From Tubulanus polymorphus (lineage: Eukaryota; Animalia; Nemertea), in assembly GCF_964204645.1 (NCBI RefSeq), contig NC_134029.1, positions 20,020,950-20,084,949 on the forward strand: a stretch of DNA of 64,000 nt, written 5' to 3'. This document shows, one piece after another, positions 40,101-48,684 of the stretch. Position numbers and translations under genes: made by a program. The notes beneath the pieces were generated by a model. It worked only from the letters and a program-made list of their open reading frames with translations. It was not told the DNA's origin and ran no database searches. Position 1 is the stretch's first letter; each line of letters starts with the position of its first letter.

Positions 40101-40939
40101 TATGGTCGATTAATTGGTGCTTCTTATTCTTCCGATTAGTGACTTCTCATTATCTATAGATTCCTCCGGGGTATATATCAGTCTCAGGCCAGATGCTCAA
40201 AAGTTGTTTAAAGTTAACAAGCGGATAAGTACCATAGTAAGAAGGAACTTGTAATTGTCACTATAGCCGCGATCACACGGAGACGATTTGGCCCGGACCA
40301 AATTGGCACGGATCAGGCTCGAGCCAAATTTGGCCCGTGCCTAATTAGAGAGCGTCTTCACACGTTAACCATTCACTTGATACTAAACAATGCTCAAACA
40401 AAGTGAAGTGGGTCATTTCCGGTACCAGTTGCAATTCAAACGCAATCATTAGTGCTAAAATTTGGCTGGGGCCAAACAGGGGCCCATTTGGCACCCGTGT
40501 GAACAGTTGTCCTGGGCAAAATTTGGCACATGCCAAAAACGCTTGTGTGACCATGGCTTGTATCAATTATCTCCTCTGGTTAACTCCAACCAACTTTTGA
40601 GCCACTGGCCCCAGAATATTATTCCTAGGCTGTACGAACTGTAGATCCTCTTCGAATGGTGTGCATGACTGTAGTCGACGCTTATACTATTAATGACTAT
40701 CCATAGCCGGACAGCTGCTAGAATTTGTCTGAAGTACGAAAAATGCTTTACTGTTTATTTCTTCTGTTTTTCAGGATACCAAACAATTATATCATCCTAT
40801 ATCGAATAATTGTTTAGACTCTGACGCCGGGACTAAAGAAATATTCATGACCGCGTGCAGTTCGTCCACTAGAACTCAGATGTGGAAAATTTCCAACATC
40901 AACGAAACTGAATGCAGAAGATTATGGGATCTATCGTGA
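1953..40939 (+). CDS. GALNT10: Polypeptide N-acetylgalactosaminyltransferase, GALNT10/GALNTL6/pgant6-like (whole-gene span): join(1953..2189,2679..2784,7675..7819,12030..12196,22343..22531,32672..32849,33379..33496,[34753..34863 or 35623..35724],37325..37546,37671..37781,38157..38300,[38628..38789 or 40775..40939])
   Basis: All exons have GT-AG boundaries with matching phases. Type II N-terminal TM, GT-A domain ([24 protein letters not shown]), Gal/GalNAc-T motif ([20 protein letters not shown]) and ricin-B lectin repeats. DWHDY and WGGEQYE are typical of the T10 subfamily (from recall). Confidence 0.93.
2679..2784 (+). CDS. GALNT10: GalNAc-T coding exon 2 (stem, KIDWHDY)
   Basis: ttttcag|GTAACT...AAAG|gtagga; [35 protein letters not shown]; phase 0 to 1. 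Confidence 0.88.
3245..3437. mobile_element. Harbinger-like MITE
   Basis: TIR TCTGCGTTCACACTA / TAGTGTGAACGCAGA; internal inverted TTTCAGTACGG motifs. Confidence 0.6.
4785..5097 (-). mobile_element. tRNA-derived SINE, apparently full length
   Basis: Minus strand: A box TGGCCGAGCGG, B box GGTTCGAACC, central GTGTCCTCCGGCAAGGCACTT...CACCCAGGAGTAAATGGGTACC domain, LINE-like tail GTAAAGCGCT...GCGCTATATA ending in (ATT)n. Confidence 0.8.
6211..6525. mobile_element. MITE family C, Harbinger-like (copies about 11668-11922, 12610-12860, 15663-15897, 30711-30960, 34460-34647, 39145-39525, 40265-40558, 54262-54390, 62125-62411, 63401-63586)
   Basis: TIR AGCCGCGATCACAC...GTGTGATCGCGGCT and shared internal ATTTGGCCCGG / TTGGCACCCGTGTGAA / CACTTCCGGAACCAGTTGCAATTCA motifs. 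Confidence 0.8.
6988..7563. mobile_element. piggyBac-like MITE hosting a nested family A MITE
   Basis: TTAA-CCCGTTTAGCACTC ... GAGTGCTAATGGG-TTAA. Confidence 0.65.
7005..7104. mobile_element. PIF/Harbinger-like MITE family A (other copies 11515-11623, 27308-27411, 27499-27600, 55033-55147)
   Basis: About 100-110 bp palindromes GG(T/C)CCAGTTCCACAGTT...ACTGTGGAACTGG(G/A)(C/T)C, flanked by matching 3-bp CAG/CAG or CTG/CTG duplications in four copies. Confidence 0.8.
7675..7819 (+). CDS. GALNT10: GalNAc-T coding exon 3
   Basis: tttgcag|...|gtaagt; GPGEQGMGV...[26 protein letters not shown]; phase 1 to 2; not in the ORF track. Confidence 0.93.
7867..8222 (+). repeat. Unclassified interspersed repeat (copies about 8778-8990 and 10280-10880)
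   Basis: Shared AGATAAACAGTACCGATTTAGGAGGAGTCTACAGTGATTGG core. Confidence 0.7.
12030..12196 (+). CDS. GALNT10: GalNAc-T coding exon 4 (start of GT-A domain)
   Basis: tttcag|...|gtaacg; [30 protein letters not shown]...[11 protein letters not shown]; phase 2 to 1. Confidence 0.95.
13912..14186. mobile_element. hAT-like MITE with 5-bp TSD (GGGCT)
   Basis: GGGCT-CATAGGCGT...ACGCCTATG-GGGCT. Confidence 0.6.
14850..15000. mobile_element. Tc1/pogo-like MITE (related copy 50228-50383)
   Basis: TA-CA(G/T)(T/C)GGAAC...GTAACGAGGTT(A/T)CACTG-TA termini shared by both copies. Confidence 0.55.
17003..17177. mobile_element. hAT-like MITE with 5-bp TSD (CTATT)
   Basis: CTATT-CAGGCGCGTTGGAAGC...GCTTCCAACGCCACTG-CTATT. 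Confidence 0.6.
17779..17999. mobile_element. MITE
   Basis: TIR TTGATACCTTGTTTCTC / GAGAAACAAGGTATCAA. Confidence 0.6.
18345..18425. repeat. (TA)n microsatellite (others 22205-22277, 24881-24940)
   Basis: Direct reading. Confidence 0.95.
18880..19080 (+). repeat. Unclassified interspersed repeat (copies about 27030-27185; minus strand about 55290-55510 and 61080-61255)
   Basis: Shared CACCTG(C/T)TGGGAGCGAAAC..GGGGTTTGATTTTGAAAT..GGAAATC.AAGTACAGAT. Confidence 0.7.
20214..20510. mobile_element. piggyBac-like MITE family D (copies 10365-10589, 35085-35360, partial 9560-9875 and 56890-57316)
   Basis: TTAA-CCCTTTCAGTGC ... GCACTGAAAGGG-TTAA; internal TACACCGCAGTGCGGTGTA palindromes. Confidence 0.85.
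22343..22531 (+). CDS. GALNT10: GalNAc-T coding exon 5 (DXH motif)
   Basis: ttccag|...|gtaaga; [39 protein letters not shown]; phase 1 to 1. Confidence 0.95.
22951..23350. mobile_element. Three abutting PIF/Harbinger-like MITEs, family B (another partial copy 25718-25842)
   Basis: GGGCCGGTTGCA...AACCGGCCC-type TIRs, internal GTCTTAAGAC motifs, units separated by CAG. Confidence 0.75.
23993..24238. mobile_element. hAT-like MITE (related copies about 32350-32628 and 37850-38106)
   Basis: TIR CAGGGTAGCCACT / AGTGGCCACCCTG; internal CAGGGAA repeats. Confidence 0.65.
25942..26330. repeat. About 56-bp minisatellite, about 6 copies
   Basis: Unit AAATATGAAAGATGTT(A/G)CTGAAGGTTTTACTGTTGATTACTGATTGATTTAAACAG. 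Confidence 0.9.
28165..28790. repeat. Degenerate pentanucleotide satellite (CCATA/CATAT/CACGC)n
   Basis: Direct reading; source of the His/Tyr/Pro-rich spurious ORFs. Confidence 0.92.
30067..30460 (+). mobile_element. Helentron-associated (HINE/DINE-1-like) element (copies 5515-5910, 19866-20170, 57873-58259 on minus)
   Basis: Subterminal inverted repeats GGTTCTCGGGCT/GGCCCGAGAACC, a (GTCT)n-like tract near the 5' end, T-rich flanks, no TSD; shared core CAGTGCGCCACCTAGTGG...GATGACCTCATAACTGAGGAAC. Confidence 0.6.
32000..32277. repeat. Perfect 138-bp tandem duplication
   Basis: 32000-32137 repeated at 32138-32275 with no differences seen. Confidence 0.92.
32672..32849 (+). CDS. GALNT10: GalNAc-T coding exon 6
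   Basis: ttttcag|...|gtaagt; [23 protein letters not shown]...[16 protein letters not shown]...PFK; phase 1 to 2. Confidence 0.95.
32963..33247. mobile_element. Palindromic Penelope-like element fragment with two inverted minimal hammerhead motifs
   Basis: Arms 32975-33100 / 33123-33247 are reverse complements and carry C(C/T)GATGAA-GCTACTA-loop-TAGTAGC-GAAAGCTC. Confidence 0.7.
33032..33074 (-). ncRNA. Minimal type I hammerhead ribozyme motif (Penelope type)
   Basis: Minus strand TTTC CCGATGA A GCTACTA TGCAC TAGTAGC GAA AGCT C GTAA: core boxes, 7-bp stem II, palindromic AGCT in place of stem III. Confidence 0.6.
33379..33496 (+). CDS. GALNT10: GalNAc-T coding exon 7 (Gal/GalNAc-T motif)
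   Basis: ttatag|...AAG|gtaagt; [39 protein letters not shown]; phase 2 to 0. Confidence 0.95.
33815..34367. repeat. 33-bp minisatellite, about 17 copies
   Basis: Unit GTTTCCACTATACACTGTAGGATTCAAAACTTA; translates to [11 protein letters not shown] repeats. Confidence 0.95.
34753..34863 (+). CDS. GALNT10: GalNAc-T coding exon 8A (alternative; flexible-loop variant A)
   Basis: ttttatag|ATCTGG...AAG|gtaata; [37 protein letters not shown]; 111 nt, phase 0/0; not in the ORF track. Confidence 0.92.
34885..35588 (+). promoter_or_regulatory. Intron-spanning RNA hairpin between exons 8A and 8B (putative splicing-regulatory structure)
   Basis: Nested complementary arms: 34885-34964/35521-35588, 34966-34979/35452-35465, 35000-35011/35397-35408. 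Most non-Watson-Crick pairs are G-U on the + strand. Confidence 0.7.
35623..35724 (+). CDS. GALNT10: GalNAc-T coding exon 8B (alternative; flexible-loop variant B)
   Basis: gtatgaag|ATTTGG...AGG|gtagga; [34 protein letters not shown]; 102 nt, phase 0/0; paralogous to 8A. Confidence 0.85.
37035..37120. repeat. (AAT)n microsatellite adjoining a SINE/LINE tail remnant (to about 37170)
   Basis: (AAT)n followed by TATATAGTGC...AGCGCTTTACA, similar to the tail of the SINE at 4785. Confidence 0.85.
37325..37546 (+). CDS. GALNT10: GalNAc-T coding exon 9 (end of catalytic domain and linker)
   Basis: ttttag|...GAG|gtaaga; [14 protein letters not shown]...[28 protein letters not shown]; phase 0/0. Confidence 0.95.
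37671..37781 (+). CDS. GALNT10: GalNAc-T coding exon 10 (lectin alpha repeat)
   Basis: ttttgcag|...CAG|gtacgc; [15 protein letters not shown]...[12 protein letters not shown]. Confidence 0.92.
38157..38300 (+). CDS. GALNT10: GalNAc-T coding exon 11 (lectin beta repeat)
   Basis: ttttcag|...|gtaagt; [12 protein letters not shown]...CFDVS...[17 protein letters not shown]. Confidence 0.93.
38628..38789 (+). CDS. GALNT10: GalNAc-T terminal exon 12A (lectin gamma repeat, variant A)
   Basis: attgtag|GACACT...TAG; [53 protein letters not shown]; AATAAA at 39006 and 39928. Confidence 0.88.
   Translation, partial: DTKQVYHVSSSRCLDSNGDTKEIYIANCDANSKTQRWSFKTVNETELRRLWSS
40775..40939 (+). CDS. GALNT10: GalNAc-T terminal exon 12B (lectin gamma repeat, variant B)
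   Basis: tttttcag|GATACC...TGA; [54 protein letters not shown]; strong polypyrimidine tract; AATAAA at 41614 and 44187. Confidence 0.9.
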   Translation, partial: DTKQLYHPISNNCLDSDAGTKEIFMTACSSSTRTQMWKISNINETECRRLWDLS

Positions 40940-41167
40940 TAGAAATCTAGACAAACGAAACAATTTTTTTTTTAGATTTGCTTCAATATTTATCTTTATA
41001 ATGTTTATTTAAAACGAATTTCATCGTCGATTTAGACACAAACGATTAAGGGACTAAGTTCCAAATGTTTTCTCAAGGCGGTCCGAATTTACTTGTCCGA
41101 AATTCTAAAATAATATTCCTTGTTTTTGATTATTATTTTGGATTTTCGTGGTATGTAACTCTGGTAT

Positions 41168-41522
41168 AAGCCCAACGCACACGGCAAGGAAAGGCATTTT
41201 CGATATGTTTTGTTATGCACTGAAGTCAAAACAGAAAATGCCGAACAGAGAAACGTTTTTTTGCAAGACCAGCACTGCTTTATTCGCGAAAAATGTTTTC
41301 TTTCATCAAAAACATTTTTCGTCCCATGTGCAGTGATCAGGGAGCATCACTGCATCACATGATATACACAAAAATTCATATGAATAACTGAGTTTATTTT
41401 TGCACCATTGATTCCACGGTGCAACAACTGTTTTCTCCTCATTTTTTGATGCCGTGCTTTGAACATCACAAACGAGTTTCCTGTTTAGATGAAACAAATG
41501 TTTTGCTGAGTGCGTTGGGCTT
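41168..41522. mobile_element. MITE in the probable GalNAc-T 3' UTR
   Basis: TIR AAGCCCAACGCAC / GTGCGTTGGGCTT. Confidence 0.6.
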
Positions 41523-41733
41523 AAACCAACGCCACTTTGAAAAATAAGTTAACTGCCAATTAATTACTTAAGCTGTCATTATATGCGTTTTATTGAGCTT
41601 GTTTAAAGTTCTGAATAAATGGGGCTTTGGGAATCTATCCTGTATCATTTCCTTGCAGTTTGTTATTCAGAAATCATCGGTAGACATTCTAATGAAATTC
41701 GAGCATGTACTGAAAAAATACGTGTCCACGCAT

Positions 41734-41961
41734 TAGGCCATCCCAAAGTAATTAATTGTCTGTTTGCCGTAACACCGACTCAAGTTTTCAGGATGAGTCG
41801 GTAGGTAGGTAGAAGTGCAAATTTATCACCTTTTTTATATGGAAAAAATATCAAAAATAAAATTTAAATCAATGAATTCCAAGAAAACTGGTTTTCACTC
41901 GATACCTTTGAAGTCGGGTCGGTCGGGTTACGACAAATAGACCATTATTTTGGGATGGCAT
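41734..41961. mobile_element. MITE in the probable GalNAc-T 3' UTR
   Basis: TIR GCCATCCCAAA...GTCTGTTTGCCGTAAC / GTTACGACAAATAGAC...TTTGGGATGGC. Confidence 0.6.
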
Positions 41962-42417
41962 TAGAAGCAATTCATAGTACAGGAAGATACTTCCATTCCC
42001 GTATTTATTGATTTTACATACACCAAGTGTATATATTTTTCATCTGAATTCATTTTAAATCAAGTCTCATTTTATAGTCTAGAAGTTGTAGTAGTAGTCA
42101 CTATTTTGCATATACGCGTATATGATATTTCAGTTGATTATAATTGTGGTGTGGGATGGCTCCAGTCGGATCACGTCGCATCGAGGTGTCGGTAGCACTT
42201 TTTACTATTCTGAAAAATATTGGGAGCCGTTTCACGGGGTTCAAAATCGACCCCAGCTAACTGGGAAAGAGCCGACTCCTTTTCTAAACAGTGGAAGCAG
42301 GATTGAAGATTGCGACCGAATTTTTATTCACTCCATGAGACCCTTACGAAAAAGAATGTACATGTTTAGCATAAATTACCGGTAGATACGTTATAATTCG
42401 TAGAGGAGCCATGTTAA

Positions 42418-42790
42418 CCTGGTGTAGAATAAATAAAACCGGACGGATAGTACTTAATAGTTTATTGATAGGTATTCGGAGTACGAGCTTTCGCTACTAA
42501 TGTATAGTAGCTTCATCAGGTGAATATCCTCCTTTACATTAGTAGCGAAAGCTCGTCACCCGATGAAGCTACTATAGGATAGTATCGAAAGCTCGTACTT
42601 CAAAGAAACAAGTTAACCTATGAAGTACTATCCGTCCCTGGTGTAGAATAGATAACACGAGATGGATAGTACTTAATAGGTTAACTTGTTACTTTGAAGT
42701 ACGAGCTTTCGCTACTAGTGTATATAGTAGCTTTATAAAGTGAATGTTCACCTGATGAAGCTACTATACATATAAAGTACTATCTGTCTC
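42418..42790. mobile_element. Tandem pair of palindromic Penelope-like fragments with hammerhead motifs (same family as 32963-33247)
   Basis: Two units, each starting CCTGGTGTAGAAT and ending AAGTACTATC; four full or partial GATGAAGCTACTA/TAGTAGCGAAAGCTCGT motifs in both orientations. Confidence 0.7.
42482..42523 (-). ncRNA. Minimal type I hammerhead ribozyme motif (intact core)
   Basis: Minus strand TTCAC CTGATGA A GCTACTA TACAT TAGTAGC GAA AGCT C GTA. Confidence 0.62.
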
Positions 42791-45700
42791 ATTTTAGTTA
42801 CGATATAGTAAGGGTAGTTTAGTACTTAAGCTTTTTTCCTTTCGATCAAATAATCATCCATCAACGATACGGGAATATGACCCAATCCATGCACGATAAA
42901 AGATACTGCTGAAAATATTTTCATTTGATTTTTCATTCTATGTAATATTGTTGAATACATACGAAAAAGGTTAGTTGTAGATTTCATTGTTAATGTCTCT
43001 TACTATTAGTCATTGTAACTTTCAAAAAAATACTGAACAGACTTGGAAACGATGGTTAAACTGTCTCTATATATCTCCGATCTGGAGCCGGTTCCACGGA
43101 TCTGAGTTTATTTCTCGAGTGGAACTGAATCCTGAATTGGAGATGGAAATCGACTGTCTGTCTACCAGTTTTAAAACTTGAAGGATTGATTCTCTTTACG
43201 AGCAGGGTTTACTCGTTTCTTGTCCATCGGCGGCGATTGATTATTAGAACCAATACTAGTACATCATTATGTAATGATAAGATTTCTGCTGTTACACGAC
43301 AGCAGTTCATCGAGTTATAGATACAGTTGCCATGTTCTACTCGAAAGCCGAATGAACAATTATACATTTTGCGTCACAATCAATGTACGTGTCGAGTTGT
43401 GTGTAGGGAAACCGGTTCAAATCTTGAATATCCAAGAAGGTACAAAAAGGGCTGGTAAAATACGATATCTAATGGTTTATAGGTAACTGTGTTGTTGAAG
43501 TTTAACGTAAATATCGTTGATTGTTTCGGTATGTTGGGTCAGTGTTTGAGTTATCCAGTGCTATCCGTAAAGTGAATATTCTTACGCACTAATATTTGAT
43601 GTACTGTTATGAGAAAAACTGTTATTACATTTTATGGCAAAGTTTAATAATCATGTATATTTAGATACAACGGGTGCATTGGGATGAACCCTATCTGTTT
43701 GTGATCGTGTTTAGTGGCGTGGATCTTGTGGAACGTAATGGCATAAAACTATATGGCAGCTGTCTATGTTCTCTATGATGACCACCTTTTAGGTTAACCA
43801 ATTGTTCAATGAGAAAACGTGAAACTTTTTCATTGGCGTACATGTACATTAATTATATTAGGATTCTGTTTCCCATTGGTGATTCTCTCGAGATAGAATT
43901 TACCGGTACTGTTGAACGGTCTATTTGTATTTTCGATGCTCATTGATTAAACCTACTTACTACAAAGTGTCATTAGATATGATAACGTTTGTGTTCTGTA
44001 AATAGAGATGTTACATTCCACTGGTGTAGTCTTATCGTTACCACTTTTGTTCAGTATTTTTTTACGGTAAGAATGTAAAATACGATGATGGATCGTGCTG
44101 AATCTTTTATAGATGTTCTATATTTCATACTTTCAAGCATATCATGTTCTATAAATAATGATAGTATTTATAAAATCTGTACAATGAATAAAGAAACAAG
44201 TATCTTTTTAATTCCTAGCCTCGTTTAGAATGTTGACCGAGGATAAATGGAGGTCCGTCTGTGATCCATTATTCATGTGGTGGGCTGTACTCCAGAGGGG
44301 ACACCATGCCTGCTTGGGAGGTGGTTCGAAATGCTCGATCACACAATTTCAATACCCAACGCCCCCTAATGAACATGTATAAACCAACGACCTTGAACTT
44401 TCCCCACAAAAGAAAGGTCATGAGCTAATACGCATAGGTACCAAAATAAAACGACAAATACTTAGGAAGCTACAGCACTTCCCCAGGCTGGGTAAAAGTT
44501 GTAGAAGTGATAAATAAACCAGCGAATGACATAAAAACAAGAAATTCAAAATAGCAGAATATTTTATTAACAAAATAATGTCTATAATGACCTTGTATGC
44601 ACTGAAAAACAAAATGCTAAACGTCGAGAGCTAAACACAAAGACTCACCTGAGAGATCACATCATACCTGATACACGTACAACAACAATCGATTCAAAAA
44701 ACACTGACAAAAAACTGCGCGATCTAATTTTGTGAGGTGTCTTACATAATCAGTGAGAAGCCATGGATCAATACAAGAAACGTAGATCCACAGCCTTTTA
44801 TCAACATGTCCAGCATTTTCTAATTCATCAAGAACCGACCTCTCGATCCACGGTTGATAGATTTGATTCGCTATCATTTTTCAGTGTCGAGAACTCACCG
44901 AAGAGTGAAATTCAGATAACAACTGAGGAAATGAGTACTGAATTAGTAATCATTGTTTTGTTTATGAACGAATGAAAAAATGCTTCGTAAGAATCGGCTA
45001 AATTATGAAATCTCGGCATTTCCACTTTCTAGTGAGCTTTCGTATCGCCACATACGTAAGTACGATCTGCTACTGAGGCTTAAAACTGTGTCGAACATTT
45101 AACAAGTGCGCGCCTATACATCGGAGGTAAGTAAAAATAACATACACGCTTCAAAATTGAGACTATGAATAAGAAAGAGAGATCGACGGTAGTATGTTCG
45201 GATACATATCATCCGAAAACAGAAAATAATAAGTTGTACAAGACTGGAGACAAGGGATCAAATGCTTTTAAAAATAAACAATGCAGCAAATCTTATAGAC
45301 CTCGGTACTTTAAACAACGTATTACAGTTAGTAGACATAGAGTCTAACGTCGAGATATACCGTTTTAAGAAAAACGTTAACAGCAAGTTGTTAATCTTCA
45401 AAAATTCCAGCGTGGAAGGAGATTTGATTGTCGCATACATCAACCGAACAACATACAGTATGAGATGCATTGATGAACCATGATTTAATACAACAGGAGA
45501 CTGTTAACTGCACCTTGAATCGTTGAGGGCGACTGAATTCAGCCCCCAGGCTCAGTGGTATTCCGATATAAGTGAGGTAATTTCTTAATTACATGAATAT
45601 CAAATACTAGATTTCAATTCTGAGCTAAGCGATAACCTGGCCTATCAAATCCAAGGTACTGGTAAGTAGAGTCTACTGAACTAATTAATATGAAGCATTT

Positions 45701-47305
45701 CGTTATTATGCTTTAAGTTTTACTCAGGTTTCTAGCGCAGTGCACTCGATGTCAAGCAATTTAAAACATATGAACCATGATACGCATACGCGTAATAAAT
45801 TATGCATTGTATTTACAGTTTACAATTGCAGCTTCATACCAGTAAAATATTGATCGCGACTAAAGTGCAGCGACATTTAGTAACTGGATTATTTACTCGT
45901 GAAACGCTGAATTTCTAGAGAAGTGGTTCTTCTATATGAATTTAGCGTGTACTTCTGTACATGAAAAATTGAATGAAGTAATCTACAGTCAAGAGTAGTT
46001 CGTGTTCTTGATTTCGAGAACATTGAAATGAAACTTAATGTGTAACCTATTCATACAAACTTTTCCCCAATGCGATAACAGATCTGAATCATTCAATCCT
46101 ATATACGTATAATCCTGCATCATTAAATTTCTCTCTCAAAAGGCATACACAGTCCATTAGCATGACATAATACTATCAAACATTCATTCCAGGTTCAACC
46201 TAACACTACATATTATTACATGTACAATGAGATTTTGCTTTAAAATCCAATGACACAATCTTTTCAATTAGCCCTGGTGTTTTTTTTTATAAGACAGATT
46301 CTACGGTCACTCTAAGCTAATGAACGTTTTGATTACGGATTCAAGCTTCGCGAAGCAAAATCAATATTGAAACTCGTACCAAGCGTCAGTTCGTGAAATC
46401 TATAATAGTTCTGCAGCTTCACCCAATAATCCTCACGCTCTAGATATGCTTTCATTTTACTAATTAATCATCGTACTAAATACTTATCAGAAACTATTAC
46501 TACAATGTATCTATACAAAATATATTTGAGGGAGCATAGTTAGTTTATAGTTTGTTCTAAATATAACACGTGTACCTAAAATATCCGGTGATATGATGAG
46601 AAGATATGTACACAAACGATATTGACGTATTTAAATACAGTTTTACAATGAAATTAAACATACCGATGGTTAAATAATATGCAGTTGAGTGTTGCATTTT
46701 CAAAAACATTTCGAATCACTTAATCAGGCATTTCACAGTATCCAATCACTGATAATCTCGGCGCCTCGAACACCCAAAACAACTAAAAAATCAGCCTTTT
46801 CTTTGGAATCTTGAGAACTCCTCGTGAGAATTAAAATGCCTTGTAAATGGCGTTCAGCTAGAAATGCAAATGGCAAATATGCTCATCATAATTTCAGACA
46901 CAGAATACACTTGAAACCCTCAAGATTACCAAACCACTAATGTAATTTAATTATACAAGTATCAACAGCCCAGAGCAGACGACAAAAAATGGATATTAAA
47001 AGTTCTAACAAATTTTCAGTGTTAAAATGCCTCCTTAAATTACATTATATTGCATCAAACAGTTTTTCTGGCCTCCGTATAAATACATTCAGATAAATAT
47101 AACTGTGCGTTATTTGAGTGTGAACCTATGAACAACGAACATAGTTACGCAATTCCAAATACAGTAGACTCTGCTGCACAAGTCTGTGACCACTTGAGAC
47201 CTAGTATGTGTATAAGGTCAGAAAAATATCTATCCAAGCCGATAAATATACAAGTTGAATGTTTACGAGCAGAGTCAACTGAAATAATATGCGAAAATTC
47301 AAAAT

Positions 47306-47667
47306 CAGGGTTCTTACGGGTTTTGCAATTTCATTTTCCATAACTTTTCCATACCCAGATTAAAAATTTTCCATACCCCAAAGTTACACATTGCCAACGT
47401 AGGACAGGCAATGTGTAGGCCCAATTAAAAGTAAATAAGAGCCAATTATCAATTCCATTGAAAAAGTGTTTTCATAAAGCTTGTTATCTAATATGTAGTG
47501 AGACATTCAAAATAGAAGGAAAACTTTCTTTTGAGACCATTTTGAGATTCTCTATGAACGAGATTTTCATAGAGAAAAAAAACATTTCCATGGTTTTCCA
47601 GGACCTGGAAAAAAAATTCCCATTTTCCAAAACTTTCCAAGACTTCGCAAAACCCGCAAGAACCCTG
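47306..47667. mobile_element. hAT-like MITE (related copy about 55785-56112)
   Basis: TIR CAGGGTTCTTACGGGTTTTG / CAAAACCCGCAAGAACCCTG; internal TTTTCCAT repeats. Confidence 0.7.
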
Positions 47668-48684
47668 AATATACATGTATCATCATTTAAGATTAATCGT
47701 TGCACGATAAACGATATGTAACAATGTGACCGTATAAGATTAATTCAATTGTCAAGAATCGTCATTTAAAAAATATACATTTCGTTCGTATAAAAAGTTG
47801 TCCGGTTTAAGTACAACTGGTATGATTGATTGACAATAGATGTCCCCACCACAAATTGGCCAACGTCAGAAAATGATTAAAGCTGTTCGTATATATTCTT
47901 GATTTTGATATGAAAATAAGAATGAAATTGAGAATATGGATGTGTATACATATGTATGGAGATTCCGCGAAATAAATAAAAAGATTACAGCACCGTATGT
48001 TCCTAGTAAAATGTTCCATTACAACATTATAAATTACTAATAAATTAATGCACTAAATGATATAATTGCTATTATTAAGTATAAATGCCGATTAGTAAAA
48101 ATTAGGTTTTGCTTTTTATTCTTTTTTTTTTTCGTTACAAATTTCGGTCATGTAAGTAGGTTTTTCACACTTTCATTTGAGCAACCACGATTGAGTACGA
48201 ATGAATCGACGAGCTCTCAACCTGGCCGTAGTTCAGATAGAAATGAAGAGAATGAAAGATGGAAACCCTGTACGTACTGGCGAACTGTCTGAAAAATCTC
48301 GGTTCAGACAGATTTGTGGCTCTATATTGTAAAGGAGTTTATTACATACACAGCCAAAAAGACTCAACAACAATATTATTGCCTCGTAAAAAGAGAATTT
48401 GATTGAATTTTCTGCGATTATTGCATGGTAGTTTCCAACAAGGCAGCTCGTATGAAAATTGTGTAAAACGGTTTTAAAACATTTGTCAAATATTGGTTAT
48501 TGCTTTCAGAAATGTTATCAAAAAAGAAACGCTAGTTCTCGAGAATAAATGCCATTTTAAGATATACAAGGTTACACCCCGACTTAGCTCAAACCGGTTT
48601 GAAAAATCGTAACCCTTAGATTCAAGCTCATTTTATAGTCTCAAATGTTTGTTTCGCGGTTTATCGTTCGTTGTACTCGAGACT

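Noticed and set aside
35623-40939. Exons 8B and 12B as remnants of a second, pseudogenised GalNAc-T gene
   Set aside because: They are interleaved with single-copy exons, keep frame and splice sites, and show synonymous-biased divergence; no duplicates of the other exons were found.
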